Origin: Octopus vulgaris
Taxonomy: Eukaryota
Assembly: GCA_951406725.2 (NCBI GenBank)
Contig: OX597823.1
Span: forward strand, 43,896,001 to 43,960,000
Length of the DNA stretch: 64,000 nucleotides
Direction of reading: 5' to 3'
Below the pieces are notes generated by a model that saw nothing but the letters and a program-made list of their open reading frames with translations, searched no databases and was not told the origin of the DNA. The position numbers were made by a program, and so were the translations under genes. Positions 50,237 to 63,700 of this stretch are shown here, piece by piece. Numbering within the stretch: the stretch's first letter is position 1; every line of letters starts with the position of its first letter.

Positions 50237-51220
50237 GAGGAAATGTGTATATACTACCTAGTATATTAAAATATGTACGGTAAAATACATGTATAGGACA
50301 TTAGAGAATTTGGGGTAAAATTATCTGGAGACCTCCGACAGGATGAGAGCCAGGTTTTTATCATACTCCATGCGAGTTACTGATTACATTATAGAACACT
50401 GCCTATACTTTCTGTCACCACAAGTTATATAAACATTTAATTATGTGGGTGACGAGGGCTAATATAGTTAATGCGTTGAGCCAAGAAAATGTTTAATTAA
50501 TTAGAAATTACACACTTAACGAAGAGCAAAATCAATACTTTTAATTATTAATTCTTGTCAACAAAACAGACACAACTTCATTTTTACCTCATTTATAATA
50601 TAACTATATCCACAAGTATAAACCAAAAGATATACATCACCAGTGTGTGTTAAATAACGATGAAATTACATGGACTTCGTGTGATATAAGGGGAGGACAA
50701 ATATTAGTTTATACTAATAAAGCATTTGTGTTACTTATATCGAAAGGTAGCGATTGCTAGTTCGAAGTCTTGGTGGACAGCGATGCTTATTTCCTCTGTT
50801 TTGTATTAGTGCTTCTAAATGTCTTGTGTGATTTATATTTAAATTCTAACAGTCAATGATGGTGTGTTTATGTGTGTGTGTGCGCGCGCGCGTGTGTGTT
50901 CGTGGGTGCGAACATGTATGTGTGTACGCGTGTGTGCACGTGTGCGTGTCCGTGCGTGCATGTATGTGTGTGCGTGTGTGAGAGAGAGAGAGATAGTATG
51001 TGGGTGTGTTTGTGTGTATGTGTATGTGTGTGTGTACGTGCGTGCATGTATGTGTGTGCGTGTGTGAGAGAGAGATAGTATGTGGGTGTGTTTGTGTGTA
51101 TGTGTATGTGTGTGTGTACGCATATGTACAAGAGCGAGAAAAAGAGATTTGAGTTTCTGCATGAAACTCGAGTGGCAATACAGACTAAATAAACGAAATA
51201 TGTGTCTGTGGATATATATA

Positions 51221-52443
51221 CAGTGGGGGGAACAAAATAACACCTTAAAATTACAAACAAATTTATTTTAATATGGGGTAGGACTGCCTTTGTCAGTAAT
51301 TACAGCTTGAATTCTACGAGGTATGGACTCGTGCAAAGTTTCAATTGTTTCCAAAGGTATTTCTGTCCATTTTTCAGCTAAAATTATTGTAGTGATGATG
51401 GTGGAGGATATCGGGTCCTTACTTGTTTTTCTAAAATGCACCATCAATGTTCAATAATATTGAGATCTGGGGACTGTGGTGGCCAGATAAGATGTTCAAC
51501 TTCACAAGAATGTTCCTTGTACCATTCAGTAACAATTTTAGCTGCGTGAATTGGTACATTATCACCCTGAGAGATTGCGTTTCCCTCCGGAAACAGTTCC
51601 GCAATGAATTTGATACAATAAAATGCTTAAATAGTCTTGACTATTAACTCTGCCATGAAGGGAAACCATTGGGCCGGCGGAGTTTCAAGAAATAGCCACC
51701 CAGATCATCACAGATCCTCTTCCATGTTTAACAGTTGAAAGAAGGCAGTCTGAGTCAAATGCTTCTTTTGGCTGTCTCCACATGTATACTCGGCCGATGG
51801 TCGGAAATAAGTTAAAGGATGGCACGTCTGAGAAAATAACAGTCTTCCACTACTCTAGGGACCAATGCTGTAGGTTTTTACTCCACTCTAAGCGCTTTGT
51901 AACGTCTGTCTTTAAAAGTAGCGGTTTTCTGATTGCAGTCCTCCCGTGAAATCCGGCTTTGCACAGCTCTCGACGAACAGTTTTAGTGGAAATTAAGCTC
52001 TGCAGTAATTCTGGGAGTTGCATTTTTGTGATCCTTTTAACAATTTGCGTAAGAGTCCGACGATCCCTATCTGAAAGTTTTGGTTCTCTTCCGGAGTTTT
52101 GTTTCAACGAGGAAGTTTTTGCCTCTTTCTCAAAGGCTGTCATTACTTTCGAGACTACTTCTTGATACAGCAAACATTTCGGCTGTTTTCGTTACGCTAG
52201 CGCCTGCCATACGAGCACCAACAATTTGACCTCTTTCAAAGTCCGATAGATCTGTCATTTTAATGAATTTTATATACCTTTTTCTGATGATATTTTAGCA
52301 AAACAGCAATTTTAGCCAAACGTTTTAAGTAACACTAAGGATAAATCAAAAAACATAAAAATAAACAAGCTTTTGACGGTTTTATAGATATTTCAAAATT
52401 GTGATGCTATGATGCTAGGTGTTTCCATTATTTTGTCCAACCC

Positions 52444-52446
<3 letters not shown>
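51221..52446 (-). mobile_element. Decayed full-span Tc1-family element with DD36E spacing
   Basis: Short TIRs CAGGGGTTGGACAAAATAATGGAAACACC vs CAGTGGGGGGAACAAAATAACACC, TA flanks; MTDLSDFERGQIVGARMAGASVTKTA; KLSDRDRRTL; FSDVPSF; GDNVPIH...WPPQSPDLNIIE (36 residues D to E). Confidence 0.9.
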
Positions 52447-52483
<37 letters not shown>

Positions 52484-52580
52484 TGATAAAAGCGTTAAGA
52501 TAACAAATGAAAGAAAGAGACCTCGATATTATGTATATAGAGGAACTTATCTGTAAATGTAATATGTGACAATTATTCGG

Positions 52581-52654
52581 TAGCCATGATAAGACTCCGA
52601 GTTTCGGATGCCGAGGTAGAAATTCACACCGCCATATCTTCACTTATCCGGCCA
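52581..52654 (-). ncRNA. Degenerate type-I hammerhead-like motif in a short (TA)n-adjacent element
   Basis: Stem I UGGCCG-GAUAA/UUAUC-a-UGGCUA; core GUGAAGA (C3G); GAAA; stem III CUC-G-GAG; GUC triplet. Confidence 0.5.
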
Positions 52655-52719
52655 TCGGAACAACGCTATGAAAAAAAAAAATATATATATACATACACAC
52701 AAATATATATGAATTTATG

Positions 52720-52769
<50 letters not shown>

Positions 52770-52772
52770 TAT

Positions 52773-52829
<57 letters not shown>

Positions 52830-53445
52830 CATACATACACACAAATATATATGAACTTATGCACGTACATACATACATACGTACATACCTACATATATAC
52901 ACACATATGTATGTGTGTCTGTTTTTGCATGTGTGTGTGTAGTCATTTTTATACACTCGTGTACGTATTTTAACGTCCCTGTTTGCTATTCTATACCTTA
53001 CTTCTCCAAAATCAGTCATATTAGTCAGTCACAGCTTCTCTGAAAAGAAGCTTAACAAACCTAGCCAATAATACCTGCTTATTACTAAGCTGTCTCATAA
53101 AGCCACAACGATCACAACGACACCAACAACAACAACAACAACAACACCAACACTAACGATTAGTTTCTAAGCAAGATACACGCGTACGCTGCCGCTATCG
53201 GACATATATTCATAACAATATCAGATTAAATCTTTGTCCCAAATTCTATCAGTGTCTGTTCCTGGCATCATGTTTTGGTGTCTTCCTAGCATCTTTTTGT
53301 AAAACTTTAGAAGTATTCCAATTTTTTTTATGAAGCATCCTACACCACCAGCCTCTTTCACTTGCCCGTGTATGTGGATGCACTCAAACATGTACGCCTA
53401 CGCATACTCGCACATATACATATACATACATACATATATGTGTGT

Positions 53446-53507
<62 letters not shown>

Positions 53508-53802
53508 TCTGGCCGCTTTACATTCGATCATTCGTGCGTGATTGGAGGAAATTAAGAAAACCAACTCAGAGAATGTACACACACATACATACACACAAAT
53601 GCATTACCATTATATCCCCTTATATGTATGTGTGCATGCGTGTATATATTTGTGTGTGTGTGTTTGTGTATGCGTGTGTGTAGCGTTGCTACAGATCAAG
53701 TCGTCATCTGCACTTCCCTTGAACCTATTGTGCTGTTAAGATCATACCTCGAGTTCGCCGAAACCCAAATGGTAATGTCTGATGCAACATGGTCCAGTAA
53801 CC

Positions 53803-53999
53803 TATTTCTTTATACCCACAAAGGGCTAAACACAGAGGGGACAAACAAGGACAGACATAGGTATTAAGTCGATTATATCGACCCCAGTGCGTAACTGGTA
53901 CTTTATTTATCGACCCCGAAAGAATGAAAGGCAAAGTCGACCTCGGCGGAATTTGAACTCAGAACGTAAAGACAGACGAAATACTCCTAAGCATTTCGC
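53803..53999 (-). mobile_element. SINE family B
   Basis: Reverse complement of the 46721 copy. Confidence 0.9.
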
Positions 54000-54244
54000 G
54001 GTTCCAAAGAGGTTGACCACAGCTAACTACAAAGCGATTTTACAGTAGTTATTACATGTTTTTCATTCTGTTCTTATACAAAGAAAAAATGAAAATGGTA
54101 TTTCTCCATTGTTGTGGAACTTCGCCTCTCATCCACACAGCTTGAAATATGGTAGATTTTAGCCCCAGTATCTCCTCACCACTTTCTGAACCACTTCTGC
54201 AGCAATGCCAGTTTCTTCTAGTGGTTCCATTTTTTTTTTTTGAA

Positions 54245-54500
54245 TTAATCTCGAAAGGCAGTCCGCGTGACCGATTTCTTTTTCGATGGAGTGTATTGCA
54301 TTTTGAAATAATAATTTAGTAATATTACACCCCGACTTTGCAGGCGGTTTGCACTATGAGTCGGTAACCCTTTTTTAGACCCATAAATCGACAACAAAGG
54401 TCTATGATCTGTTTGCAATAAAAAAACTTCTGCCATTTCTGTGAACTTTTTAACTGCAAAAATAATTGTCAGGGCCTCATTTTCAATTTGACTATATCTC
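54245..54500 (-). pseudogene. Ty3/Gypsy pol RNase H fragment
   Basis: RYSQIENEALTIIFAVKKF...LQTDHRPLLSIYGSKKGLP...NRLQ...LLNY.F...Y....GHADCLSRL. Confidence 0.9.
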
Positions 54501-55006
54501 ATCCTTGTCGCCAGATGTTATATCCCTATGGATAAACGAATACACTACAATAGTGTAATAACAATATAATCGAAACAAACGACAGTAACCACATGTAACA
54601 TAGCAACAATCTTTTAAGAACCAGCATGCTAATTCGAACAATGAACTTTGAACTCCAGCTTTGAACTATCAACACACGAACTGTGGAACTAGCACGAACT
54701 ACCTCACTCAGACCGATGCTGTTTATATGTTGTGGTCAACGTTAGCACGCCGGGCGAAATGCGTGGCCGTATTTCGTCTGCCGTTACGTTCTGAGTTCAA
54801 ATTCCGCCGAGGTCGACTTTGCCTTTCATCCTTTCGGGGTCGATAAATTAAGTACCAGTTGCGCACTGGGGTCGATGTAATCGACTTAATCCGTTTGTCT
54901 GTCCTAGTTTGTCCTCTCTGTGTTTAGCCCCTTGTGGATAGTAAAGAAATATATATGTTGTGGTCCAGTCCATTCTCCCCAGGGGGCGTCGCACTCTCAC
55001 ACAACA
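54501..55006 (-). mobile_element. Gypsy LTR (TGTTGTG...TATAACA, 55006-54516) with primer-binding site, interrupted by a SINE
   Basis: TG..CA ends; TGGCGACAAGGATG 2 nt after the LTR end resembles the complement of the tRNA-Ser(GCT) 3' end. Confidence 0.7.
54738..54951 (+). mobile_element. SINE family B with a 14-bp target-site duplication
   Basis: TATATGTTGTGGTC at 54724-54737 and 54952-54965. Confidence 0.93.
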
Positions 55007-55190
55007 GGTTCTCATTCATGCTCTCCTTTACGCAAATGATTACGATCTCGTAAACCATACTGAGGAAGACCTGTAGCTCCTGATGGGCTGCTTTTCAGCT
55101 GCGTGTGCTGTGTTTGGACTTACAATCAATCATAACAAGACTTGTCATGATACAACCAGCATCAGGCAAGTCATATATCTCACCATCGAT
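55007..55190 (+). pseudogene. RTE-type reverse transcriptase fragment
   Basis: LIHALLYANDYDLVNHTEEDL*LLM..FSAACAVFGLTINHNKT (YADD relic). Confidence 0.75.
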
Positions 55191-55944
55191 ATGACGAGTA
55201 TCAAGTCCATGATTATGAAACACCAACTTAGATGAGTAGTGACGGAGTTAATCAATTACTATTTTCTAATAAATATAAACTCTAATTCATAGATTCATTG
55301 CCTTTTGCTTTCCTTTGCACACATGGACACTGACACGTACGGTACATGAAGCATATATCTGTGATCTTTCAGACGACAATATTGTGTATACAAGTGGTAT
55401 AGCGGAAGTTGTTACGTCTTTAGGGCATCTGTAAAATCGGTTCATGTTATTCAAATCTTGTCACATGATTGGGCTTGTAGATTTACGGGCTTCCGTTCTT
55501 GAAGGAGATAATTCACTCGTAGGTTGTCACTATCAAGGTAAATTACTCAGCATGACTTCGTAGTTGGTTGGAACTAGCAAAAGCTGAATATTTTGTTTTT
55601 ATGCATTTTGACCTCGTTGTATCTGGAAATTCTTCAAGAAAGTCTTTCTCCTGTGGCAGCAATTGGACAGTACTTCTACTCTCCCATTAAGAGATATAGC
55701 CGACCGCTTCAGAATTTTGAATGTTTCAACTAGATAAGCTGAGTATCTTCGGGACCCGCTACAGTACTAGTAAAACTATTATCGATGCTCTATGTTTCAG
55801 GGAAGCATCCAAGTGCCTGGCGCCTGAGTGTCGAACCAAATTATGACAGTCATAGAACGTCTACTGTTCCTTGACCTATATGAGTGGGGATGTTGCAGAA
55901 ATAAAACTAGTTACTCTAAAGGATGTCATAAATCATTATTTTTA

Positions 55945-56115
55945 GACAGACAAACAGACAGACAGACTGACTGATAGGTAGATAGACTGATATAGAGATG
56001 TACACACAAACACATACGTACGCATGTGCATACATGTGTGTTTGCGTACGTACACATGCTTAGACGGAAGATACATACATACATACATACATACATAAAT
56101 ACATACATACATACA

Positions 56116-56183
<68 letters not shown>

Positions 56184-56312
56184 TGTATATATATACATAT
56201 ACATATATAAATATACATCCAGACAAGCATATATACTCAGTTATATGTACATATTTGTGTGTATGTACATAATATATATATATATGTGTGTGTGTGTATG
56301 TATGTATGTATA

Positions 56313-56375
<63 letters not shown>
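55945..56375. repeat. (GACA)n/(TACA)n/(TA)n microsatellites
   Basis: Directly visible. Confidence 0.95.
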
Positions 56376-56378
<3 letters not shown>

Positions 56379-57192
56379 TCTGTTTTAATTCCTATTCTAC
56401 AACTTCTACGTTCGCCTCGAGAAATGGTCAGTTCCATTTCTTAGTTCTTGCTTCGTTTAGCTTTCCTTTTCGCTTTCATTACAGCAGAGCTTTTTAGCAG
56501 CGAGGCTCAATTTGGTATCATAGAAACCAGCATAATGTAATTATGGCCTGTACAATGTAGGTTGATTGCATTTAGGTTGGAAAGCCAATAAGATTATAGT
56601 AGGTAATATCAGATGGTTAATAAACAACTTCCCTTGGGTTCACTTCTATTCATCTGTCGAGGGTGTGAGTGTATGTACCAATGTGTATGTGCATGTATTT
56701 GTGCGTGTGCGTATGTGTGTGTAGGTGTGTGCGTGCGAATGTCTGTGTTTGTATGCCTTGACGTGTATGTATGTGTGCGTGTGTACGCGTGTGTGTACCA
56801 ATGAATGCGCGTGTGAATATGTGTATGTTTTTGTATATTACCGTGTGGGAGGGTGTGGGTGGGTGACAGCGGAATTCTGTTGTATTTTTGCTCTTGTTTT
56901 TTTGTTAGTGATGATGAGGATGATGATAGTGGTTGTGGTGGTGGTTGTGGTGGTGGTAGTAGTGGTAGCAGTAGTGGCGATGATGATGACGATGATGACG
57001 TTGATTGTAATGATGATGACGATGACAGAGCCGACAGCGATCATGATGATGATGATGATGCATTTATTATTTTGTCACGTACGAATAACGTGATGTCCCA
57101 TTTCTTAAGAAAGAAGTCTATTACAAATTTATCAAATAATGATTTTAAAAATATTCTTTATTTGTATTATCATATTGTTGTTGCTGTTATTA

Positions 57193-57505
<313 letters not shown>

Positions 57506-57529
57506 TTATTATTATTATTATTATTATCA

Positions 57530-57612
<83 letters not shown>

Positions 57613-57613
<1 letters not shown>

Positions 57614-59410
57614 CTTCGTAACACAGTATAGGTAAAAATGCACCGGAGTCTTTAGTCAACTATCAAGTCACAACAAGGACCTCAGATAGATAATACTTTC
57701 CTTAAGATGTACACTGTGCCCAATAAGGCTGCTTTTTTGCAAGGAATCAATCTTGCATGGAATTTCCAGTTGCCGTAAGAAGTTCTGAAGTTTCAATGGG
57801 ATTGAGCCCAATGCTCCGATCACCACTGGTATCACTTTAACATTACCATCTCGCATTCTATACAGTCTTGTCATTTCCACTTTGAATTCGAAGTACTTGG
57901 TGATATTTTCAACCTCTTTACTCCCAATATTCGTGTCATTTTGTATGGCTACATCAATGATCTGACTATTTGTCTCTCTTATTCAATATGACTATATCCG
58001 GCCGACGGTGTTCGATTACGCAATCCGTCTAAAAATCATAGTCCCAGGGTATCGTTACTTTTCCATCCTCCTGCATAAATTTACTTGGTACATGCTCATA
58101 ACAGTTCTCTGTTACTTTATATTGGTACTCTCACATCCACTTATCAGGTGGATCACATTTTCCACTCTTTCCACAGAGTCTGCATTTCTGGGTGTTAGTA
58201 GTTTTATAGATGTTATACTTCACTGAATTGGTAGCGAGAGCTTGGTCTTGTGCAGCAATGATCAGACTTTCTGTGGTACACTTCAAATCACCTCACTCAA
58301 GCAATGCCCACGATGCTGTATTATCCTCAACGTCATGTGTATTCTTTTCAAACTGTCCATGCATTCTCATTTCAAGGTCTTCTTTTCTCATTTCAAGAAG
58401 GTCTTCTTTTCTCTTCTCCTTAGCTCTTTGGTTAAACTCTGCCTTGCCCGTCATTCCATCTACATTTACAACCATATCTTTCGCGGCATATTGCAGCAGC
58501 TCTTCATCACTATTTATCAAATACTCGGCAAGCGTTCACCACTCACTCTTTATAAAGTGCTCTATACTAACTAATCCTCAGCCACCATTCTTTCTTTTCA
58601 TATGCAGTCTGTTTACGTTTGCTTTAGGGTAGAAGGTATGCTGTTCCTTCAATAAGCCAGGCAGGTATTAGCTCTGGGTTTTGGATGACATCAGTCAGAG
58701 ATGCAGCTAAATTTTGGTGTAAATCTGTCGGACAACTTAGCCAAAAGTTAGGAATTCGGTCCAGTCCTGGAGTTTTCCATGTGTGAGACTTCCTAAAAAC
58801 ACATCTTAGCACTTCTATTCCTATTCTATTTCTGCTCTTCAATTTCATCCAGTCTCACTTTCTCACGCTCTATCCAGTCAGCTTTAGCATTATATTCTTT
58901 TTTGTTGCTCCATATCTTCTTCCAGAACTCTTCCATTTCCACAGTTTTAAGTGGCTCCTTTACTTCTATCTTACTTTTTCCAATTTCCCAGTAAAATCTC
59001 TTTGCATCCGTCTTGAATATCTTGTTTCGTCAATAATATTTGATTCTTTTGTCATACCTTCCAAGCCGTCGGGCTTTCAGTTGTATTCGTTGTTTCAATT
59101 GTTTCTTGGTTGCAGGGAGGTTTATAAAATCTTAATTTTATATTTTTGCTTGATTTTTCTAGCTTGTTTCGTCTAAACATTTACTCCTCTAGCAAGTTCA
59201 TCGAAAACTGACACATCCCCACCATAGATTCGATCTCTTTTCGTATTGCTACTTTCCACTTAGGAGGTCTATTTACATGGTTGGTCCTTTTCTTTGTCGT
59301 CCTGATACCTAGTTGAGCAGTTACAACTTTAGCAGTGGAATAGATGAGGTTATTTAAGGTTGTAAGGTAGTTTCTTTTATTACTTAAGACCTGTCTAAGA
59401 GTTATATATC

Positions 59411-59454
<44 letters not shown>

Positions 59455-60275
59455 TGATTATGTTGCTGTTTTTCATGCTGTTTGAGAACTTTACCGGTGG
59501 TTCTCTATTGATGATGTCAGTAGACTCAGTCTTGCCAAGTTCTCTGATAATATCTTTTGCTTCTATGATCTCTTCATTATTCATCTCAAATTCTGTGTTA
59601 TACCTATACTGGTGTACTTGAGGTAGGTCTACTTTCTCCTCTTTTCCGTATATCTGTGCTTCGCTATTCCTTCTTCAGGTTCCTCATTTGGATGTACTGC
59701 TCGTACACTGGGTCCTATGCATCTGTTACATATTTCATCTGCATTGTTGCTGTTTTCATTTGGTCTACCAAGAGATATTTGTGTCCAAATTTGGCTAATT
59801 TCAGCGTCAGTTAACCTTTTATTCTTAATGATGTCTCTACGTACATTACTTAGTTTATTTGCATCTATATATCTGCGTACATCATTACCTACCAAGTTTC
59901 TCCATGAATTTAGTTGGATTTAGTCGGGCTGTATAGAAAGCTTTCAACACAATTCTATAATTCTCTATAATCCTCTCTAGTCCATTTTATGTGTTTTGCA
60001 TTAAGTGATGTTTTTGGTGGTGTCACTACAATCCTAGAGTTAGGGTTACCCTGGATCAGGTCACCTAGTAGATCGTTTTTTAGAAAGTTTGTTCCAGCAG
60101 CAGAATTTTCGGCCCCAGTTTGGTTCCCCACTGAGTAATGCTGTCCTTGTACCGAGTGATGACCGATCCGGTGTGAGTTTTGGTTTGTCATTAAGGCATT
60201 GACAGTGAGACAGGTCCGTTTGATCAGAGTCGACTGTTTGACCTCACACGGCTTCCTTGTTCTGCGAATGGATAT
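57613..60275 (-). mobile_element. R4/Dong-clade non-LTR retrotransposon relic with the RT core deleted; 3' end abuts (TAA)n
   Basis: KWTREDY; ANKLSNVRRDIIKNKRLTDAEI; RRLGRYDKR; FKTDAKRFY; EEFWKKIW; WKTPGLDRIPNFWL; PKANVNRL..KRKNGG.GL; MHGQF; TESLIIAAQDQAL; CRLC....ENVIHLISGC; HRRPDIV; IIDVA; KY; IPVVIGALG. Confidence 0.9.
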
Positions 60276-60839
60276 ATTTATCACATCGTAGGCTGATAGA
60301 TCGAAAATCACCTCTATTTTTTTTTGCGGGGGGGGGGGGGCTATGTTTCCTGGCATAACAGTTTGATTATGTTTTAAACTGAGTGACTAATTTGCTCTTT
60401 TTTTTTTATTCGGTTGTAGGAAGTTCGGTGGGGCGTCGCTCATTACATGCATTCTTTTATTTTCCGAGTGTGTAGGTGTGTGTCGTGTAGGAATTATTTC
60501 TGTAGCTTATAAATATTAACATGTGTACATGGATGCGTGGACAGTTGCATGTATAGGTAACTATTCAAATTACAAACTTACTATGTAAGTAGTGTTTTTC
60601 CAGGTTTTCTGGTGCTAGATTCGACTTCTCGCGTATGTTGCATTGAGATATCGTACATTAAAGAAACTACCTTTATCTGACAAAAATCTTTCCGGGTTTT
60701 AGTTCCTTTTCTTTAACAGAACTTTTCCCACAGTTGTATTGCGAAGTTATCATTCCATCGCACCAAAGTTATTGGATTGAGTATGTTTTGTGGAGAGAGC
60801 TTCTTAGTATATGTCCATGTTGTTATTTAGCCCGTAGCT

Positions 60840-60840
60840 A

Positions 60841-60938
<98 letters not shown>
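60840..60938. repeat. (TTA)n-(TAG)n microsatellite
   Basis: Directly visible. Confidence 0.97.
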
Positions 60939-60939
<1 letters not shown>

Positions 60940-61159
60940 TTTTGTTTCAGTTTTCATTAATTAGAGGTGTTGTTTTATGGAGTGGGAGGACATTAGAGTT
61001 ATCCTCATTTGCACTTCATAATTGCCGTCTGCAACATATATCTAACGAGTGGAAATTATGAATTAGCAAAATGATACATAATTCAGTCATTTCTGACATC
61101 GTAATGTAATTGTATTTAATATAGTAGTCTTGTGTGTTCGAGATTTGTGAGATATTGAT

Positions 61160-61685
61160 GGAAAGACGGAGTTGGAGTGAAAGAGAGGAGAATGAAGAGT
61201 GAGTTGCTGACTGAAGGAGGGGAGAGGAAGAAGAGGATGAAGAGAGAAAATGGAGTGAGAGGGTAAGAGGGAAATATGGTAAGAGAGTGGTTAGGGATAG
61301 AGTATGATAGAAGGTGAGATAATGATAGTAGAGAGAATATAATAGATTAGCAAGGGAGACAACAAAAAGATTGGGAGAAAGAGAGGAGTAGAGAGAATTG
61401 AGAAAGAGAAGAAGAAAGAAGGAACTAGTGAAAAAGTGAGAGACGGAGAGTGAGAGGAGTGAGGAGAGAATTGGAGGAAAGAAGAAGAGAGAAATGGGGG
61501 TAGAAAAGGAAACGCAGAAAAGATAAATAAGAGAGTCAGAGAGGGGAAATAACGGAACGAAGACGGGAGGGAATGGAACGCAAGAGAGAGAGAGAAAATT
61601 ATTGAGAATAATATGGGATAAAATGGAAATTGAAAAGAAAGTATAGAGAAGTAGAAGGGAGAGATGAGAGGGCAGAGAGAGGTGA
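61160..61685. repeat. Purine-rich low-complexity tract
   Basis: Strong G/A bias on the plus strand without a fixed period. Confidence 0.85.
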
Positions 61686-62046
61686 AATATATCTGCGATC
61701 GCTAAGAATTGGCACTTTTGACATCGTTCTAAATTTTTAACATTCAAATTTGCCATTTTGCCAGATGGTGTTGGAATATTTTCCTTCAAAGGAGTGAACT
61801 ATATAATAGCTATGATGTAAACATACAGATACCCTCAATATATACGCGCCTACAAATATGTACAAGCGTGAAACATGGCTTTGCTTAGCTTCATGCTCTG
61901 GCTTTATGGGCCTGGGGCGGTCATTCCAAGTTAGAAGTACCATAGGTGTCATCATGTGTAGAGCAGACCAGCTCCACCAGTGCTGTCCATCCCTGGTCCC
62001 CTCCCCCAAAATTTCGGGCTTTGTGCCTACAGTAGAAAATAAATAG

Positions 62047-62430
62047 TGGAGGCGCAATGGCCCAGTGGTTAGGGCAGCGGACTCGCGGTCGTAGGATCGC
62101 GGTTTCGATTCCCAGACCGGACGTTGTGAATGTTTATTGAGCGAAAACACCTAAAGCTCCACGAGGCTCCGGCAGGGATGGTGGTGATCCCTGCTGTACT
62201 CTTTCACCACAACTTTCTCTCACTCTTACTTCCTGTTTCTGTTGTACCTGTATTTCAAAGGGCCGGCCTTGTCACTCTCTGTGTCACGCTGAATATCCCC
62301 GAGAACTGCGTTAAGGGTACACGTGTCTGGAGTGCTCAGCCACTTACACGTTAATTTCACGAGCAGGCTGTTCCGTTGATCGGATCAACCGGAACCCTCG
62401 TCGTCGTAACCGACGGAGTGCTTCCATCCA
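62047..62430 (+). mobile_element. SINE family C, full length, tRNA-derived (octopus OR-like)
   Basis: A box TGGCCCAGTGG, B box GTTTCGATTCC, internal hairpins GCAGGGAT..ATCCCTGC and GTTCCGTTGATC GG ATCAACCGGAAC; other copies at 16176 and 18391. Confidence 0.92.
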
Positions 62431-63544
62431 GAAAAGAATTGTTAGCACGCCAAACAAAATCCTTAGCAGCATCTCTTCCGTCTTTACGTTCGAATTCTAC
62501 CGATGTTGTCTTTGTTTTAATGAAGCAATTACCAGTCGAACATTATTTTATCTTTTAGGGATGTTATATGAATTAAATATATTTATGTTTATTTTTCTTA
62601 GTTTATAAATAGTTTGTGTTTAAATATGTTCGCGATATTGAAAGAAAAGATTTTGTTTATTGTTCGCTCTCTTCATCTCTCGCTTTCTTCCTTGCATTCT
62701 TTCGTTCCCTTATACTCTCTCACTATCTAGCTTTCCTTCTGTATCTCTCGCTTTTTCTTTTCCACTCGCACTTTCTATCTTTTCCTTTCTCTTCCTTTCT
62801 TCTCTCCTTTTCTTTCTCTCTCTCTTTTTCTCTTTTTCTCTTTCTTTCTCACCGCTGAAGTTAATTCTTCTGTTTGCCTTTATTTGTTTCATAGGTTTTT
62901 TGTTTTGCTTATATATTATTTTCCTTATTCTTTTACATTGTTGTTTGTTTTATTTGTTTTAATGTTGGCAACTTTTAAGAGAAATGATCAAGAAATTATG
63001 TTGAGTCTGGTGATGAAAAATTGCAATTTTCTAATAAACTCCTCTTGCACTGAACCAAAAATGGATTCAAAAAATATTCGTTTGTACAACAGCAGGTATT
63101 TGTGAGTGAACTCAACACATTGCTTTATTTAATTACATAAATTGTAGAACGTTTTCTTTTTTTGTTTTTGTTTATATTATGACGCAAAACATGGACGGCT
63201 TTACTAAATACAAAAAACAATTCACTCTAGAATGTTTTTGAAAACTTGCTGATTCAAGTTGCCCTGTCTCTTGTGTCTTGTCTGCAACAGACAAACTTAA
63301 GACACTTTGCGACAAATGACTACCATATGAACAATAGAAGAGCTGATTATTTTGATTAACATCTGATAGTTCAAAATAAACAGTGTACAGTTTTTATAAG
63401 TAAAACCGTTGTCAATGAAAAATATCAAGAGAATAGGAGAAATTATTGCACAGAAAAGCAATTGTCACAAAGTTGGTGAGATTATAATAATAGTTCATAA
63501 TTTAGGAAAAAGGACAGCAATATTTAATGGAAAAAAGTAAGTTG

Positions 63545-63700
63545 ATTATATCGACCCCAGTACTTGACTGGTACCCCAAATGATGAATTTTGGTATCCCA
63601 AAATGATGAAGGCCCAAATAGACCTTAACGATATTTGAACCCAGAACATAAACATAAAGGAATACTTCAAGGTATATTTTTCGATGTCCTCTCGATTTTG
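63545..63700 (-). mobile_element. Old SINE family B relic
   Basis: GATTATATCGACCCCAGTACTTGACTGGTAC...ATTTGAACCCAGAAC. Confidence 0.65.

Noticed and set aside
60130-60300. HDV-like ribozyme expected at the 5' end of an RLE retroelement
   Set aside because: Could not assemble the nested double pseudoknot by eye
61016-61789. 257-aa Leu/Ser/Phe-rich ORF resembling a membrane protein
   Set aside because: Arises from a pyrimidine-rich low-complexity strand that is depleted of stop codons
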